Counted from the stretch's first letter, positions 49,885 to 59,516 are shown. The stretch is DNA of 62,406 nt from Clostridiales bacterium (GCA_012523075.1 JAAYJF010000112.1:1-62406), one strand, 5' to 3'. Notes: generated from the letters alone by a model not told the origin. Numbers and translations are program-made.

Positions 49885-50874
49885 ATGAGATACATCATCA
49901 ATAACAGTACCAATCCCTTTTTCAATATTGCCTTGGAGGAATACTGCCTTATGCATGTTGACCCGGGGGAAGATTATTTCCTGCTTTGGCAGAACGAGCC
50001 TTCCATTATCATAGGGAGAAATCAGAATACGCTGGAGGAAATCAACCAGCGATTTGTAAGGGAACGGGGAATAAAGGTGGTAAGAAGGATTTCCGGGGGA
50101 GGAGCAGTCTATCACGACCTGGGCAACCTGAATTTTACCTTCATATCCAGCGTAGACCCAGGTAGGGCTATAAACTTTTCGGTTTTTGCGAACCCGGTTA
50201 TCAAGGTACTTAAAGAGCTCGGTGTGGATGCCATTCTGGTGGGCAGAAACGATATCACCGCTTATGGCAAGAAAATATCCGGCAATGCTCAGCGGCTGTA
50301 TCGGAGGAAATTTCTGCAGCATGGCACCCTGCTCTTTGATGTGAACATCGATGACCTGGCAGAAGCCTTGAATGTATCCGCTGACAAGATAGAGTCCAAA
50401 GGCATAAAGTCCATCCGAAGCCGGGTGGGCAACATCCGGGAGTTTCTGAAGGAGGATATGACCATCGATGAGTTTCGAGAACGACTTCAAAGAAGGTTGT
50501 CCGACGATTACCGCTCCAAGGAGATCAAGCTCTCAGAAGAAATGATTCTCCGGGTATCAGAGACTGCCCGGGATAAATTTGCATCCTGGGCCTGGACCTA
50601 TGGCGAATCCCCTCCGTTTAATTACCGCTTCGAGAAGCGTTTCGCCGGCGGAAAGGTGGGAGTATTCATTCATATCAAAGAAGGCCTTATCAGGGAGTGC
50701 AAATTCTACGGAGACTATCTGGGCATACTGGAGACCGAAGGTTTTGGGGCAAGGCTTACGGGGTTGAAATACGACCGGGAAACGGTGGAAGGGGCCATGG
50801 AAGGGGTGGACCTCGTTTCCTATTTCGGATCCATAACCCGGGATGAACTGTTGGAAATTATGTTTTCGGGTTAA
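49885..50874 (+). CDS. lplA: lipoate-protein ligase A
   Basis: MRYIINNSTNPFFNIALEEY...RRISGGGAVYHDLGN. Confidence 0.92.
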   Translation: MRYIINNSTNPFFNIALEEYCLMHVDPGEDYFLLWQNEPSIIIGRNQNTLEEINQRFVRERGIKVVRRISGGGAVYHDLGNLNFTFISSVDPGRAINFSVFANPVIKVLKELGVDAILVGRNDITAYGKKISGNAQRLYRRKFLQHGTLLFDVNIDDLAEALNVSADKIESKGIKSIRSRVGNIREFLKEDMTIDEFRERLQRRLSDDYRSKEIKLSEEMILRVSETARDKFASWAWTYGESPPFNYRFEKRFAGGKVGVFIHIKEGLIRECKFYGDYLGILETEGFGARLTGLKYDRETVEGAMEGVDLVSYFGSITRDELLEIMFSG

Positions 50875-50937
50875 ACTGTTCATTAAATACTCTATTGATT
50901 AATTGTACCACTATGATATAATCCAATTGAACCGAAT

Positions 50938-51069
50938 AATTACAGGGGAGCTGGGCTTTAACCGGCTGAGAGGGAAATATTCCGACCCTTATACCTGATC
51001 TGGGTAATGCCAGCGTAGGAAGTAGACTTTGCTGCCCGTTACCCGTTTGAGGTACGGGCAGTTTTGGTT
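50938..51069 (+). promoter_or_regulatory. TPP (THI-box) riboswitch with terminator expression platform
   Basis: GGGGAGC...CTGAGAG...ACCCTT.TACCTGATCTGGGTAATGCCAGCGTAGGAA, then CTGCCCGT...ACGGGCAG plus TTTT. Confidence 0.9.
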
Positions 51070-51074
51070 TATGT

Positions 51075-51310
51075 GTACCCTACTAAATATAACGCACTAA
51101 TAGTATTACATTCCTTTATCTGTCATTCTTAAGAAGCGAAGCCCGAAGAATCTGCCTCTGTCATTCTGAACGTAGTGAAGAATCCGACTTTGTCGCTTAA
51201 GAGGACGAAGTCCGAAGAATCTTCCCGGAGACAGACATAAGATCCTTCGCTCCGCTCAGGATGACGCACTAGGAGATGTAAAGTTTTAAATGCGTTATAT
51301 ATACATACAC
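51075..51310 (+). repeat. composite palindromic MITE-like repeat, copy C
   Basis: Long identical runs with copy B (for example aacgtagtgaagaatccgactttgtcgcttaagag). Inverted ends ...atataacgcac / gcgttatatat... Confidence 0.85.
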
Positions 51311-51404
51311 CGAGTTTAAAAAGGCGGATTTGGATTGGGTGGGTGGGCCGTCATTTGAGAACGGACTGTGTGAAGGAATAATTTTTGTACGGGGGGTGAG
51401 CAAA

Positions 51405-51695
51405 ATGGCAAAGGTAAATGTAAGTCTGCAGGTTCTGCCGGTGGTGCCGGAGGAGCGCATCTATCCGGTGGTGGACAGTGTTATAAATATGATTGAGCAA
51501 AGCGGTGTTAAATACCAGGTGGGCCCCATGGAAACCACCATGGAGGGGGAATTAGGCCGGCTTCTTGAGATAGTTAAAGAAGCCCAGCAGATATGCGTTA
51601 AGCAGGGTGCAAGCAGGGTGGTTTCCATCGTTAAGATTGACTATAAAAAGGAAGGCGTGACCATGGATGAAAAGGTCGGCAAGTACAGGGGATAA
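51405..51695 (+). CDS. MTH1187/YkoF-family (DUF77) thiamine-binding protein
   Basis: MAKVNVSLQVLPV...GPMETTMEG...; GGGGGTGAG RBS. Confidence 0.8.
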   Translation: MAKVNVSLQVLPVVPEERIYPVVDSVINMIEQSGVKYQVGPMETTMEGELGRLLEIVKEAQQICVKQGASRVVSIVKIDYKKEGVTMDEKVGKYRG

Positions 51696-52518
51696 AGAAA
51701 GGCTAAAGCCCCGTCTGGGGGCTGGTCTATGGATAAATAGGCTGGTAAATGCATGGAACAATAGGGGCCTTGGACCGCAGTTGGTGGCGGGCCTCATTCT
51801 GACAGCCCTGTGGGAGGCGGGGGTAAGGCTGGGCGGTGTGCCAACATTTATATTGCCCGCCCCGTCCCAGGTTGTGGTTTCGCTGGTTAAAAACTTCCCG
51901 GTGATAGCCGACCATACCCGGATTACCCTATACGAGGCAATGACGGGCTTTGTAATAGCGGTTTTATTATCCTTTGTCCTGGCCTTTATAATGGACAGTG
52001 TGCCGGTGATAAAGAAGGCCCTGTATCCAGTCCTGGTCATAAGCCAGACCATTCCCATTATAACCATAGCACCTCTTTTCGTTATTTGGTTTGGATATGG
52101 GTTGCTGCCCAAAGTTATAGTGGTTATGCTGGTATGCTTCTTCCCGATGGTTGTGAGCTTTATGGCAGGGCTCCAGGGCGTGGACGGGGAAATGTATGAT
52201 TTGCTTAAAAGCATGGGAGCAAGCCGGATGCAAATCTTCCGGCTGCTTAAGCTGCCTGGAGCACTGCCCTCGCTGTTTTCCGGCATGAAGATATCGGCGG
52301 CCTACAGCATTATGGGTGCTGTTATAGGTGAATGGCTGGGGGCAAGGGCGGGCCTTGGGGAGTTTATGCGAAGGTCCATGCATTCCTTTGCGGTGGACAA
52401 AACCTTTGCCGCCATAATAGTAATAACGGTGCTAAGCCTGGCAGTTTTTGAAATAATAAAACTTCTGGAAGGCTGGCTTATGCCCTGGGCAAAATTTTCA
52501 GCCCGAGAGGAACAATAA
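51667..52518 (+). CDS. thiX: ABC transporter permease (NitT/TauT family; ThiX-like)
   Basis: Six-TM permease downstream of the THI-box. Confidence 0.75.
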   Translation: MKRSASTGDKERLKPRLGAGLWINRLVNAWNNRGLGPQLVAGLILTALWEAGVRLGGVPTFILPAPSQVVVSLVKNFPVIADHTRITLYEAMTGFVIAVLLSFVLAFIMDSVPVIKKALYPVLVISQTIPIITIAPLFVIWFGYGLLPKVIVVMLVCFFPMVVSFMAGLQGVDGEMYDLLKSMGASRMQIFRLLKLPGALPSLFSGMKISAAYSIMGAVIGEWLGARAGLGEFMRRSMHSFAVDKTFAAIIVITVLSLAVFEIIKLLEGWLMPWAKFSAREEQ

Positions 52519-52538
52519 AAAATTTGGAGGAGAGCATT

Positions 52539-53519
52539 ATGAAAAAAGCCTTATTGCTTATGCTTATTTTTATGCTGGTTTTGTCGGTTATCTCCTGCAA
52601 CAGCAAAACCGAGAGCGATACAGGAAAAATAACGGTGCTGCTGGACTGGGTTCCCAACACCAACCATACCGGGCTCTATGCCGCGAAGGAACTGGGATAT
52701 TTTGAAGACGAAGGGCTGGAGGTGGAAATACTCCAGGTAAACGAAGGGGGCACCGCCCAGTTGGTGGCCGCCGGGCAGGCGGAGTTCGGGATAAGCTACC
52801 AGGAGGAGGTAACATACGCCCGAGTGGAGGAGATACCGGTGGTTGCCATAGCCGCTATTGTACAGCACAACACCTCGGGGTTTGCGTCCCCAGTGGAAAA
52901 AGGGATTAAGACCCCTGCCGATTTCGAGGGTAAAAAATACGGTGGATGGGGTTCACCGATGGAGGAAGCTATTCTTAGGGCCATGATGGATAAATACGGT
53001 GCCGACTTTGACAAGCTGGAGATGGTGTCCATAGGCTCCGCGGATTTTTTCACCAGCGTTACCAAGGACGTGGACTTTACCTGGATTTATTATGGCTGGG
53101 ACGGGATAGCCGCCGGGCTTAGGGGCATTGACCTGAATTTCATTGATTTAAGAAAAGAGGATGAAGCCCTTGACTTTTATACTCCGGTTATTATAGCCTC
53201 GGAAGAGACCCTGGGCCACAACCCGGGACTGGTGAAAGGATTCCTTAGGGCGGTTACTAAGGGGTACGAGTACTCCATAGCCAATCCGGAAGAGGCGGCG
53301 GAATTTTTACTTAAAGTATCCCCCGAGCTTGACCGGGAGCTGGTAATGGAGAGCCAGAAGTTCCTAAGCAAAGAATACCAGTCGGATGCGCCCGCCTGGG
53401 GAGTGATGAAGAGGGAAGTGTGGGATGGTTACGCAAATTGGATGTATGAAAGGGACCTTATTGAGAGCATGATAGATGTTGACAAGGCCTTTACCAACGA
53501 ATTTCTGCCGGGAGAGTAA
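52539..53519 (+). CDS. thiY: ABC transporter substrate-binding lipoprotein (NMT1/THI5-like; ThiY-like)
   Basis: Lipobox VISC and an NMT1-like domain. Confidence 0.75.
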   Translation: MKKALLLMLIFMLVLSVISCNSKTESDTGKITVLLDWVPNTNHTGLYAAKELGYFEDEGLEVEILQVNEGGTAQLVAAGQAEFGISYQEEVTYARVEEIPVVAIAAIVQHNTSGFASPVEKGIKTPADFEGKKYGGWGSPMEEAILRAMMDKYGADFDKLEMVSIGSADFFTSVTKDVDFTWIYYGWDGIAAGLRGIDLNFIDLRKEDEALDFYTPVIIASEETLGHNPGLVKGFLRAVTKGYEYSIANPEEAAEFLLKVSPELDRELVMESQKFLSKEYQSDAPAWGVMKREVWDGYANWMYERDLIESMIDVDKAFTNEFLPGE

Positions 53520-53522
53520 ACG

Positions 53523-54257
53523 ATGAAAAAGATTGAGGTTACTGGCATATCCAGCAGATATGAAGACCTAAAGGTGCTGGAGGATATATCCCTTTATGCC
53601 GAGGAAAGGGAGCTGGTGTCAATACTGGGCCCTAGCGGCTGTGGTAAAAGTACGCTTTTTAACATAATTTCCGGGCTAATTAAACCCGATGCGGGGAGGG
53701 TCTTAATAGACGGGCAGGAGTATACCGGCAAACCGGGCCGGGTTAGCTATATGCACCAGAAGGACCTTTTGTTCCCCTGGAGAACCATAATAGACAATGT
53801 TATTCTACCCCTTGTTATAAGAGGGGAGGCCATAGAAAAGGCCAGGGAGGCAGCGGACAAGTACTTCCCGGTGTTCGGCCTCGACGGTTTCCAAGAAAGG
53901 TACCCCTCGCAGCTTTCGGGAGGGATGAGACAGAGGGCTGCGCTCCTTAGGGCATATATGTTCAAAAGTGATATAATGCTGCTGGACGAACCCTTCGGCG
54001 GGCTGGACGCGATAACAAGGAGGAAGATGCAGCAGTGGCTGCTGCAGGTCATAGAGAAGCTGGGCAGCACCATATTGTTTATTACCCATGACATAGACGA
54101 GGCTATTTTCCTGTCCGACAGGATATTTCTTTTCACCGAACGCCCGGCATCGGTACGCCGGGTGTTCCCGGTAAACATTGAAAGGCCCCGGGGAAGCAAA
54201 ACTTTTACCTCGGAACAGTTCAACCGTTTAAAGGAAAGCATATTAGAATATCTTTAG
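53523..54257 (+). CDS. thiZ: ABC transporter ATP-binding protein (ThiZ-like)
   Basis: GPSGCGKST and LSGGMRQR motifs. Confidence 0.8.
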   Translation: MKKIEVTGISSRYEDLKVLEDISLYAEERELVSILGPSGCGKSTLFNIISGLIKPDAGRVLIDGQEYTGKPGRVSYMHQKDLLFPWRTIIDNVILPLVIRGEAIEKAREAADKYFPVFGLDGFQERYPSQLSGGMRQRAALLRAYMFKSDIMLLDEPFGGLDAITRRKMQQWLLQVIEKLGSTILFITHDIDEAIFLSDRIFLFTERPASVRRVFPVNIERPRGSKTFTSEQFNRLKESILEYL

Positions 54258-54269
54258 GGGGCGTACTTT

Positions 54270-54947
54270 ATGGCTGTTTTTGATATAATAGCAAAGGACT
54301 ACGATGAGTGGTACAAGGGCGGAATAGGGAAATTTGCCGACCAAGCCGAAACCTGCCTTGCCTTTAACCTTTTTTCGCCGGAAAAGCACCATAGGGTGCT
54401 GGATGTTGGCTGCGGCACCGGGAATTTTAGCCTGAAGCTGGCGGGGTATGGGTGCGAGGTGACGGGTATCGACCTTTCGGAGGAGATGCTGGCGCAGGCA
54501 AGGCATAAGGCGGAAGGTATAAAGCCGGAGATACTTTTTAAAAGGATGGACGTGTATAACCTCGAATTCCCGGACAATCACTTTGACGGGGTGTTTTCCA
54601 TGGCCGCCTTTGAGTTTATAACCCAGCCCGGAAAGGCTTACAGTGAGATGTTTAGGGTATTAAAGCCCGGGGGCAGACTCCTTATTGGCACCATAAACCG
54701 CGATAGCAAATGGGGGGAACTCTATTTAAGCAAGGGCTTCCAGGAAAACAGCGTGTTTAAATATGCCAGCTTCATGACCATGGAGCAGCTTAAGGACCTT
54801 GACAGGGAAAACCTTAAAGGGTTCGGCGAGTGTCTTTTTATACCGCCGGATGCCGGTTCCGAAAGCATCTCCTGGGAGGAAGAAAAGAGGCTGTCATTGA
54901 CCGAAAGGGGAGGATTCATTTGCGCGATATGGGAAAAACCGCTATAG
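54270..54947 (+). CDS. class I SAM-dependent methyltransferase
   Basis: Motif I VLDVGCGTGNF. Confidence 0.85.
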   Translation: MAVFDIIAKDYDEWYKGGIGKFADQAETCLAFNLFSPEKHHRVLDVGCGTGNFSLKLAGYGCEVTGIDLSEEMLAQARHKAEGIKPEILFKRMDVYNLEFPDNHFDGVFSMAAFEFITQPGKAYSEMFRVLKPGGRLLIGTINRDSKWGELYLSKGFQENSVFKYASFMTMEQLKDLDRENLKGFGECLFIPPDAGSESISWEEEKRLSLTERGGFICAIWEKPL

Positions 54948-55198
54948 TATCCTGCCAGGTAAGTTTCTATCCCCTTTATACAAAGGAGTGCATAGCTCCG
55001 GTGAAGGAAGTGGTGGGCATTATTGAAAAAAGCACCGGCGTATCAAGCAGCGTCAATGAAATGTCCACCATTATAAGGGGAGAAAGGGGAGCGGTGATGG
55101 GGGTCCTTGAGGATATTCAGCGGGAGATGGAGGAAAAGGGCATACGCTATACCATGGTGATGACGCTGTCCAACACCTGCGGCTGCACCGTGTCTTGA
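54929..55198 (+). CDS. second MTH1187/YkoF-family (DUF77) protein
   Basis: AIVSCQVSFYPL...MSTIIRGE... Start is ATG 54929 or TTG 54920. Confidence 0.7.
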   Translation: MGKTAIVSCQVSFYPLYTKECIAPVKEVVGIIEKSTGVSSSVNEMSTIIRGERGAVMGVLEDIQREMEEKGIRYTMVMTLSNTCGCTVS

Positions 55199-55204
55199 TA
55201 GATC

Positions 55205-55229
55205 AGAGCGGCTCGGCCGCTCTTTTTTT
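55205..55229 (+). terminator. rho-independent terminator
   Basis: AGAGCGGC-tcg-GCCGCTCT plus T7. Confidence 0.85.
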
Positions 55230-55319
55230 GTATTAATGGTCAAATATTATCAAAGGGCTGGAGGAAAGCGCAAATTTTTAGCGAATGGTTAAGTATATCA
55301 AGTTATCGGGGAGACCTTT

Positions 55320-56396
55320 ATGGAGAAAAAATACGGCAGGTATTCACTGGATATAATAAACGGAATGATAGACTGGGTCAGGGTAATAGGCTCCGACCAC
55401 CGGATTGCCTTTATGAACAAGGCGATGAAAGACCAGGTAGGGGACTTTACCGGCATGAAATGCTACCAGGGCCTTGGCCTTGAAAGCCCGTGCCCAAACT
55501 GTATTACCGATGAGACCCTTGAAACCGGAAAGATTCACATGAAGGAGGAAACGGTGCGGGGCAGGGTGTATTCCGTTGCCAGCTCTCCAATAAGGGATGA
55601 AGAGGGCAGGGTATGTAGCGCGGTGGAGGTCTTTCGCGATATAACAAAGGAAAAAATGCTGGAGCAGAGAACAAGGGAGCAGAACAAAAAGTTAAACAAC
55701 AACCTGTGCTTTGCCAAAACGCTGCAGCAGCGGATGCTCCCCCCTAAAGGTATTGTGGACGGCTGCCTTTTGGTGGATTATTCATACGCTCCCTGCGAAA
55801 TGCTGGGCGGGGACCTGTTCGACGTCTTCCCGGCGGGGGGAGGAGGCACCGCCGTGTATATATTCGATATAGCGGGCCATGGGGTCATGTCCTCCATGAT
55901 GACCATGTTTGTACGGCAAACGGTAAGAGCCCTTGCGGAGGAGGGGAGGTGCCCGTCACTAGTGCTTAAGGGGCTCCTTGAAAATCATGTAAAGCTGGGG
56001 CTGGACGATGAAAGTTTTATAACCATCCTATACGGTGTATATAATCCCGGCGATTCGACCTTTGTATATGCCAACGGCGGGCATAACCCACCACTGCTTC
56101 TGCGGGATGGCAACGTGCAAACTAAGGAGGGCGCAGCACCGCCGATATGCAGCCTGGCTTTGGGCTATGAATACGACGAGTACACGGTAAAACTGCAGAA
56201 AGGAGATTATTTGTACCTGTACACCGACGGGATTACCGAGGCCCGCAGCACCAACAGGGAATTCTTCGGCGTGGACGGCCTTGCCGGAGTGCTTGAAGGG
56301 GGTAAGGGTGTAAAGGGCGTCATGGAAGCGGTGCAGAGCTTTTCGGGGGGAGTGCTGGTGGACGATATAGCACTGCTTGAAATAAAGATTATCTAA
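55320..56396 (+). CDS. PAS-domain SpoIIE/PP2C-family protein phosphatase
   Basis: N-terminal PAS-like domain with C...CPNC. C-terminal GGDLFDV...DIAGHG...LYTDGITEA. Confidence 0.85.
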   Translation: MEKKYGRYSLDIINGMIDWVRVIGSDHRIAFMNKAMKDQVGDFTGMKCYQGLGLESPCPNCITDETLETGKIHMKEETVRGRVYSVASSPIRDEEGRVCSAVEVFRDITKEKMLEQRTREQNKKLNNNLCFAKTLQQRMLPPKGIVDGCLLVDYSYAPCEMLGGDLFDVFPAGGGGTAVYIFDIAGHGVMSSMMTMFVRQTVRALAEEGRCPSLVLKGLLENHVKLGLDDESFITILYGVYNPGDSTFVYANGGHNPPLLLRDGNVQTKEGAAPPICSLALGYEYDEYTVKLQKGDYLYLYTDGITEARSTNREFFGVDGLAGVLEGGKGVKGVMEAVQSFSGGVLVDDIALLEIKII

Positions 56397-56400
56397 AAAG

Positions 56401-56421
56401 GCGCAGGCCGTAGGCCTGCGC
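56401..56421 (-). terminator. hairpin GCGCAGGCC-gta-GGCCTGCGC, T-run on the minus strand
   Basis: On the minus strand the stem is followed by CTTTTT, so it fits the small minus-strand ORF. It may also stop the plus-strand phosphatase gene. Confidence 0.6.
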
Positions 56422-56434
56422 AGATTACTGCTAT

Positions 56435-56581
56435 TTATCGAGATTTCTTATCCCGTTTTCTGGAACCGGGGGGATGCTTTACAGAGATAGAATCGGTATT
56501 GGGGAGTTTTATGTTAAGGTTGTCCCCCTCATCCGAAGTGAACGCTACCTGTCCCTTGTTTTTGTTCTTAGCCTTTGCCAT
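56435..56581 (-). CDS. hypothetical small basic protein (48 aa)
   Basis: Hand translation MAKAKNKNKGQVAFTSDEGDNLNIKLPNTDSISVKHPPGSRKRDKKSR*; AGAGGTG RBS and a terminator; below the ORF-track cut-off. Confidence 0.4.
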   Translation of the reverse strand: MAKAKNKNKGQVAFTSDEGDNLNIKLPNTDSISVKHPPGSRKRDKKSR

Positions 56582-56697
56582 TTCCCCTGACACCTCTTTT
56601 TAAGTATTGGCACACCCAAAGGGGTGTTATTACTGTCTAGTATTTGTTAAATCTATAAAAAATATGCCTGCTAATAAGTGAATGAAGCGGTATGCTA

Positions 56698-58095
56698 TCA
56701 GTGTGCCGCTTTTTTGGGGGCCTCAAGCAGCATTTCGCCTATTTTGTATACATCCCCTGCGCCCACCGTAAGGACTAAATCCCCCGCCTGAAGGTTCTCC
56801 GAAAGATGGCGGACCACATCCTCAAAACCGGGTATATAAATAGCATTTTGGTCATTTGCTTTAATGGCCTCCACCAGATGGGTGGAATGAATCTCTCCTG
56901 TGTCCTTTTCGCGGGCGGCATAGATATCGGTTATTATTATCCTGTCGGCACCCTTGAAGCTATCGGCAAATTCATAGAGCAGGAATTTTGTCCTGGTATA
57001 GGTATGGGGCTGAAACACGCACCAGATTTGGTTGTGGGGAAAGTTTTGGGCTGCTGCGAGGGTGGCCCGTATTTCTGCAGGATGGTGCGCATAATCGTCC
57101 ACCACCATGGAGCCCTTAAGGCGCCCCTTTATCTCGAAGCGGCGGTGGGTACCGGTAAAGGTTCCTAAAGTGGCTTTTACCGTGTCAATGTCAATTTTAA
57201 GTATACGGCTTACAGATATCGCAGCCAATGCATTTAGTACGTTATGCTCGCCGGGCAAGGCAAGCCATATTCTGTCAATGAAATCTCTCTCAATATAGAG
57301 GTCAAAGGCGGAGCGTCCGTTGGTGTCAAAGGTCATGTTTGTTGCCGCAACCTGCGCATCCCCGTCTAGCCCGTAGGTGATAACGTTGCAAGACAAGCCT
57401 TTAACGATATCCATAAGAGCCGAGTCGCCCTGGTAGGCAACCACCCAGCCGTGGTCCGGGACGAGATTGGCGAATCTTTCGAAGGCGGTTTTTATATGTG
57501 CAAAGTCCCTGAAATAGTCCAGATGGTCCTGGTCGACGTTCAGTATAACCGCAATGTAAGGAAGAAACTTAAGGAAGTTTTCCCTGTACTCGCAGGCTTC
57601 GGTTACCAGGTAGGGGCTACTGCCTACCTTAACATTGCCGCCTATCTTATCAAGCTCCCCGCCTATCAATAGGGTAGGGTCAAGGCCAGCGTTTTCCATT
57701 ATCAAGGATACCATTGAAGTGGCGGTGGTCTTGCCGTGGGCTCCTGCCACCGCCACGTTGTACCGGTATTCTTTCATAAGAAGGCCCAGCATGGAGGCCC
57801 TGTCGATAGTTTCTATGCCCTTCTCCCGGGCGGCTTGGAGCTCCGGGTTGCTTTGGTCCACCGCCGATGTATATACCACCAGGTCGGGGTCCTTAACGTA
57901 TTCTCGGCTGTGTCCCACATAAACTTCGGCCCCCTTGGCCTTCAGTTTTTCGGTGATGGGCGAGGCGTTTCTGTCCGAGCCTGAAATGCTGTGGCCCTGC
58001 TCCAAAAGGATGTGGGCGATGCCGCTCATGCTTATTCCGCCAATCCCTATAAAGTGTATATGTAATTTTGTGTCTTTGCTTAAATCAATAACCAT
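56698..58095 (-). CDS. murC: UDP-N-acetylmuramate--L-alanine ligase
   Basis: HFIGIGGISMSGIA and GAHGKTTT motifs. ATG 58095 follows GAGGAGGAGAGG. Confidence 0.94.
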   Translation of the reverse strand: MVIDLSKDTKLHIHFIGIGGISMSGIAHILLEQGHSISGSDRNASPITEKLKAKGAEVYVGHSREYVKDPDLVVYTSAVDQSNPELQAAREKGIETIDRASMLGLLMKEYRYNVAVAGAHGKTTATSMVSLIMENAGLDPTLLIGGELDKIGGNVKVGSSPYLVTEACEYRENFLKFLPYIAVILNVDQDHLDYFRDFAHIKTAFERFANLVPDHGWVVAYQGDSALMDIVKGLSCNVITYGLDGDAQVAATNMTFDTNGRSAFDLYIERDFIDRIWLALPGEHNVLNALAAISVSRILKIDIDTVKATLGTFTGTHRRFEIKGRLKGSMVVDDYAHHPAEIRATLAAAQNFPHNQIWCVFQPHTYTRTKFLLYEFADSFKGADRIIITDIYAAREKDTGEIHSTHLVEAIKANDQNAIYIPGFEDVVRHLSENLQAGDLVLTVGAGDVYKIGEMLLEAPKKAAH

Positions 58096-58309
58096 AAAAG
58101 CCTCTCCTCCTCTTTTTCCCACTTCCCATTCGAATTCTTTGCTGCGGAACGTCACTATAATATATTATTGCCTGTTACGGTGAAATTTTACATTCGGATA
58201 AATTATATCACATTATTTTTAACTAAATACCATCATTTAGTTGAATATAGGCAAAAAAGCGAATAAAATTATATGTGAGCATTAGAATATTCGTGTGGAG
58301 GAATAGGTT

Positions 58310-59131
58310 ATGGAGAGATTTAAGAGAAATGAACGGATTGCGGCTATGGTCAAAATACTGTCCGATAATCCCAACCGGCTATATTCCCTAAACTATTTTG
58401 CACAACGACTGAACGCTGCAAAGTCCACAATAAGTGAGGATATAGTAATCGCCAGAAACGTTTTCGAGGAATTGGACCTGGGCAGAATCGAGACGGTGCC
58501 GGGGGCCGCCGGCGGAGTCAAGTACAGGAGTAAAATCTCTGCCGCCGAGAGCTTGGACTTCTTAAAGGGTATTGCGAAGATGCTGTCCGACCCCGGCAGG
58601 ATAATAACCGGTGGTTTTTTGTACATGGCGGACGTCATATCCAACCCACAGGTGGCCTATTCGGCGGGCAGGGTGCTGGCTGGGTGTTTTGAAAGGAATC
58701 CGGTGAGATACGTGGTAACCGTTGAGACAAAGGGAATACCCATAGCACTGATGACGGCGCGGGCCCTGGGAGTACCCCTTGTTATTGCCAGAAGGGATAA
58801 TCGGGTTACCGAAGGATCGGCGGTTAATATAAACTTTTTGTCCGGTTCCACCGGCAGGATTCAGACCATGTCCCTTTCAAAAAGGGCTATGGAAAGAGGT
58901 GCCGAGGTGCTTATAATAGACGATTTCATGAAAGCCGGAGGCACCGCCAGGGGTATGGTTGATTTGATGAAGGAGTTTGACGCGAAGGTCGCGGGTATAG
59001 GAGTGATGATTACCACAACAAAGCCGGAGGAGAAGCTAATCTCCAATTATATTCCCCTTATGTTCCTTGAAGGAGTGGACGAAAAGTCCGGAAAGGTGAG
59101 AATAAAACCAAACGAAAAACTGTTTTTCTAA
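58310..59131 (+). CDS. purR: pur operon repressor
   Basis: N-terminal winged helix plus a PRT-fold domain; followed by spoVG as in Bacillus. Confidence 0.92.
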   Translation: MERFKRNERIAAMVKILSDNPNRLYSLNYFAQRLNAAKSTISEDIVIARNVFEELDLGRIETVPGAAGGVKYRSKISAAESLDFLKGIAKMLSDPGRIITGGFLYMADVISNPQVAYSAGRVLAGCFERNPVRYVVTVETKGIPIALMTARALGVPLVIARRDNRVTEGSAVNINFLSGSTGRIQTMSLSKRAMERGAEVLIIDDFMKAGGTARGMVDLMKEFDAKVAGIGVMITTTKPEEKLISNYIPLMFLEGVDEKSGKVRIKPNEKLFF

Positions 59132-59156
59132 TATTTTTGGAAAATTTATTAAAATT

Positions 59157-59185
59157 AGCAGGAAATTTTTAGTCAATATAGAATA
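59157..59185 (+). promoter_or_regulatory. candidate sigma-H-type promoter of spoVG
   Basis: gcAGGAAAT-N13-aGAAT resembles RWAGGAxxT-N14-HGAAT. Confidence 0.4.
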
Positions 59186-59224
59186 GTAAATAGACCAGCG
59201 TTAAGTACGGCGGAAGGTGGTGAT

Positions 59225-59500
59225 ATGATGCAGATAACAGACGTAAGGGTTCGAAAGGTAAACTCTGAGGGGAAAATGAAGGCTGTCGTCTCTGTGACCT
59301 TCGATAATCAGTTTGTAGTGCATGATATAAAAGTTATAGACGGACAAAATGGTACCTTTATTGCTATGCCAAGTCGCAGAACCCCCGACGGAGAGTTCAA
59401 GGACATTGCCCATCCTATTAACTCAGAAACAAGGGAAATGATTCAAAAAGCAATATTAGATGAATATGAGAAGGTCGTTGCCGAGGAAAATGAGGAATAA
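59225..59500 (+). CDS. spoVG: septation/stage V protein SpoVG
   Basis: [27 protein letters not shown]... Confidence 0.96.
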   Translation: MMQITDVRVRKVNSEGKMKAVVSVTFDNQFVVHDIKVIDGQNGTFIAMPSRRTPDGEFKDIAHPINSETREMIQKAILDEYEKVVAEENEE

Positions 59501-59516
59501 TTGGTTACGTTCTAAA

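Noticed and set aside
49849-50490. 213-aa minus-strand ORF. Similar ones occur at 45969..46673, 51552..52286, 53747..54241, 26526..27288 (plus strand) and 25773..26150 (plus strand).
   Set aside because: All are antisense to well-supported genes (lplA, gcvT/H, thiX, thiZ, histidine kinase, GerMN lipoprotein) and are shadow ORFs.
58190-58202. PurBox-like sequence ACATTCGGATAAA in the murC-purR divergent region, suggesting possible PurR autoregulation.
   Set aside because: Only the TTCGG core matches, and no properly spaced inverted partner box (N16-17) was found. The evidence is too weak to call.
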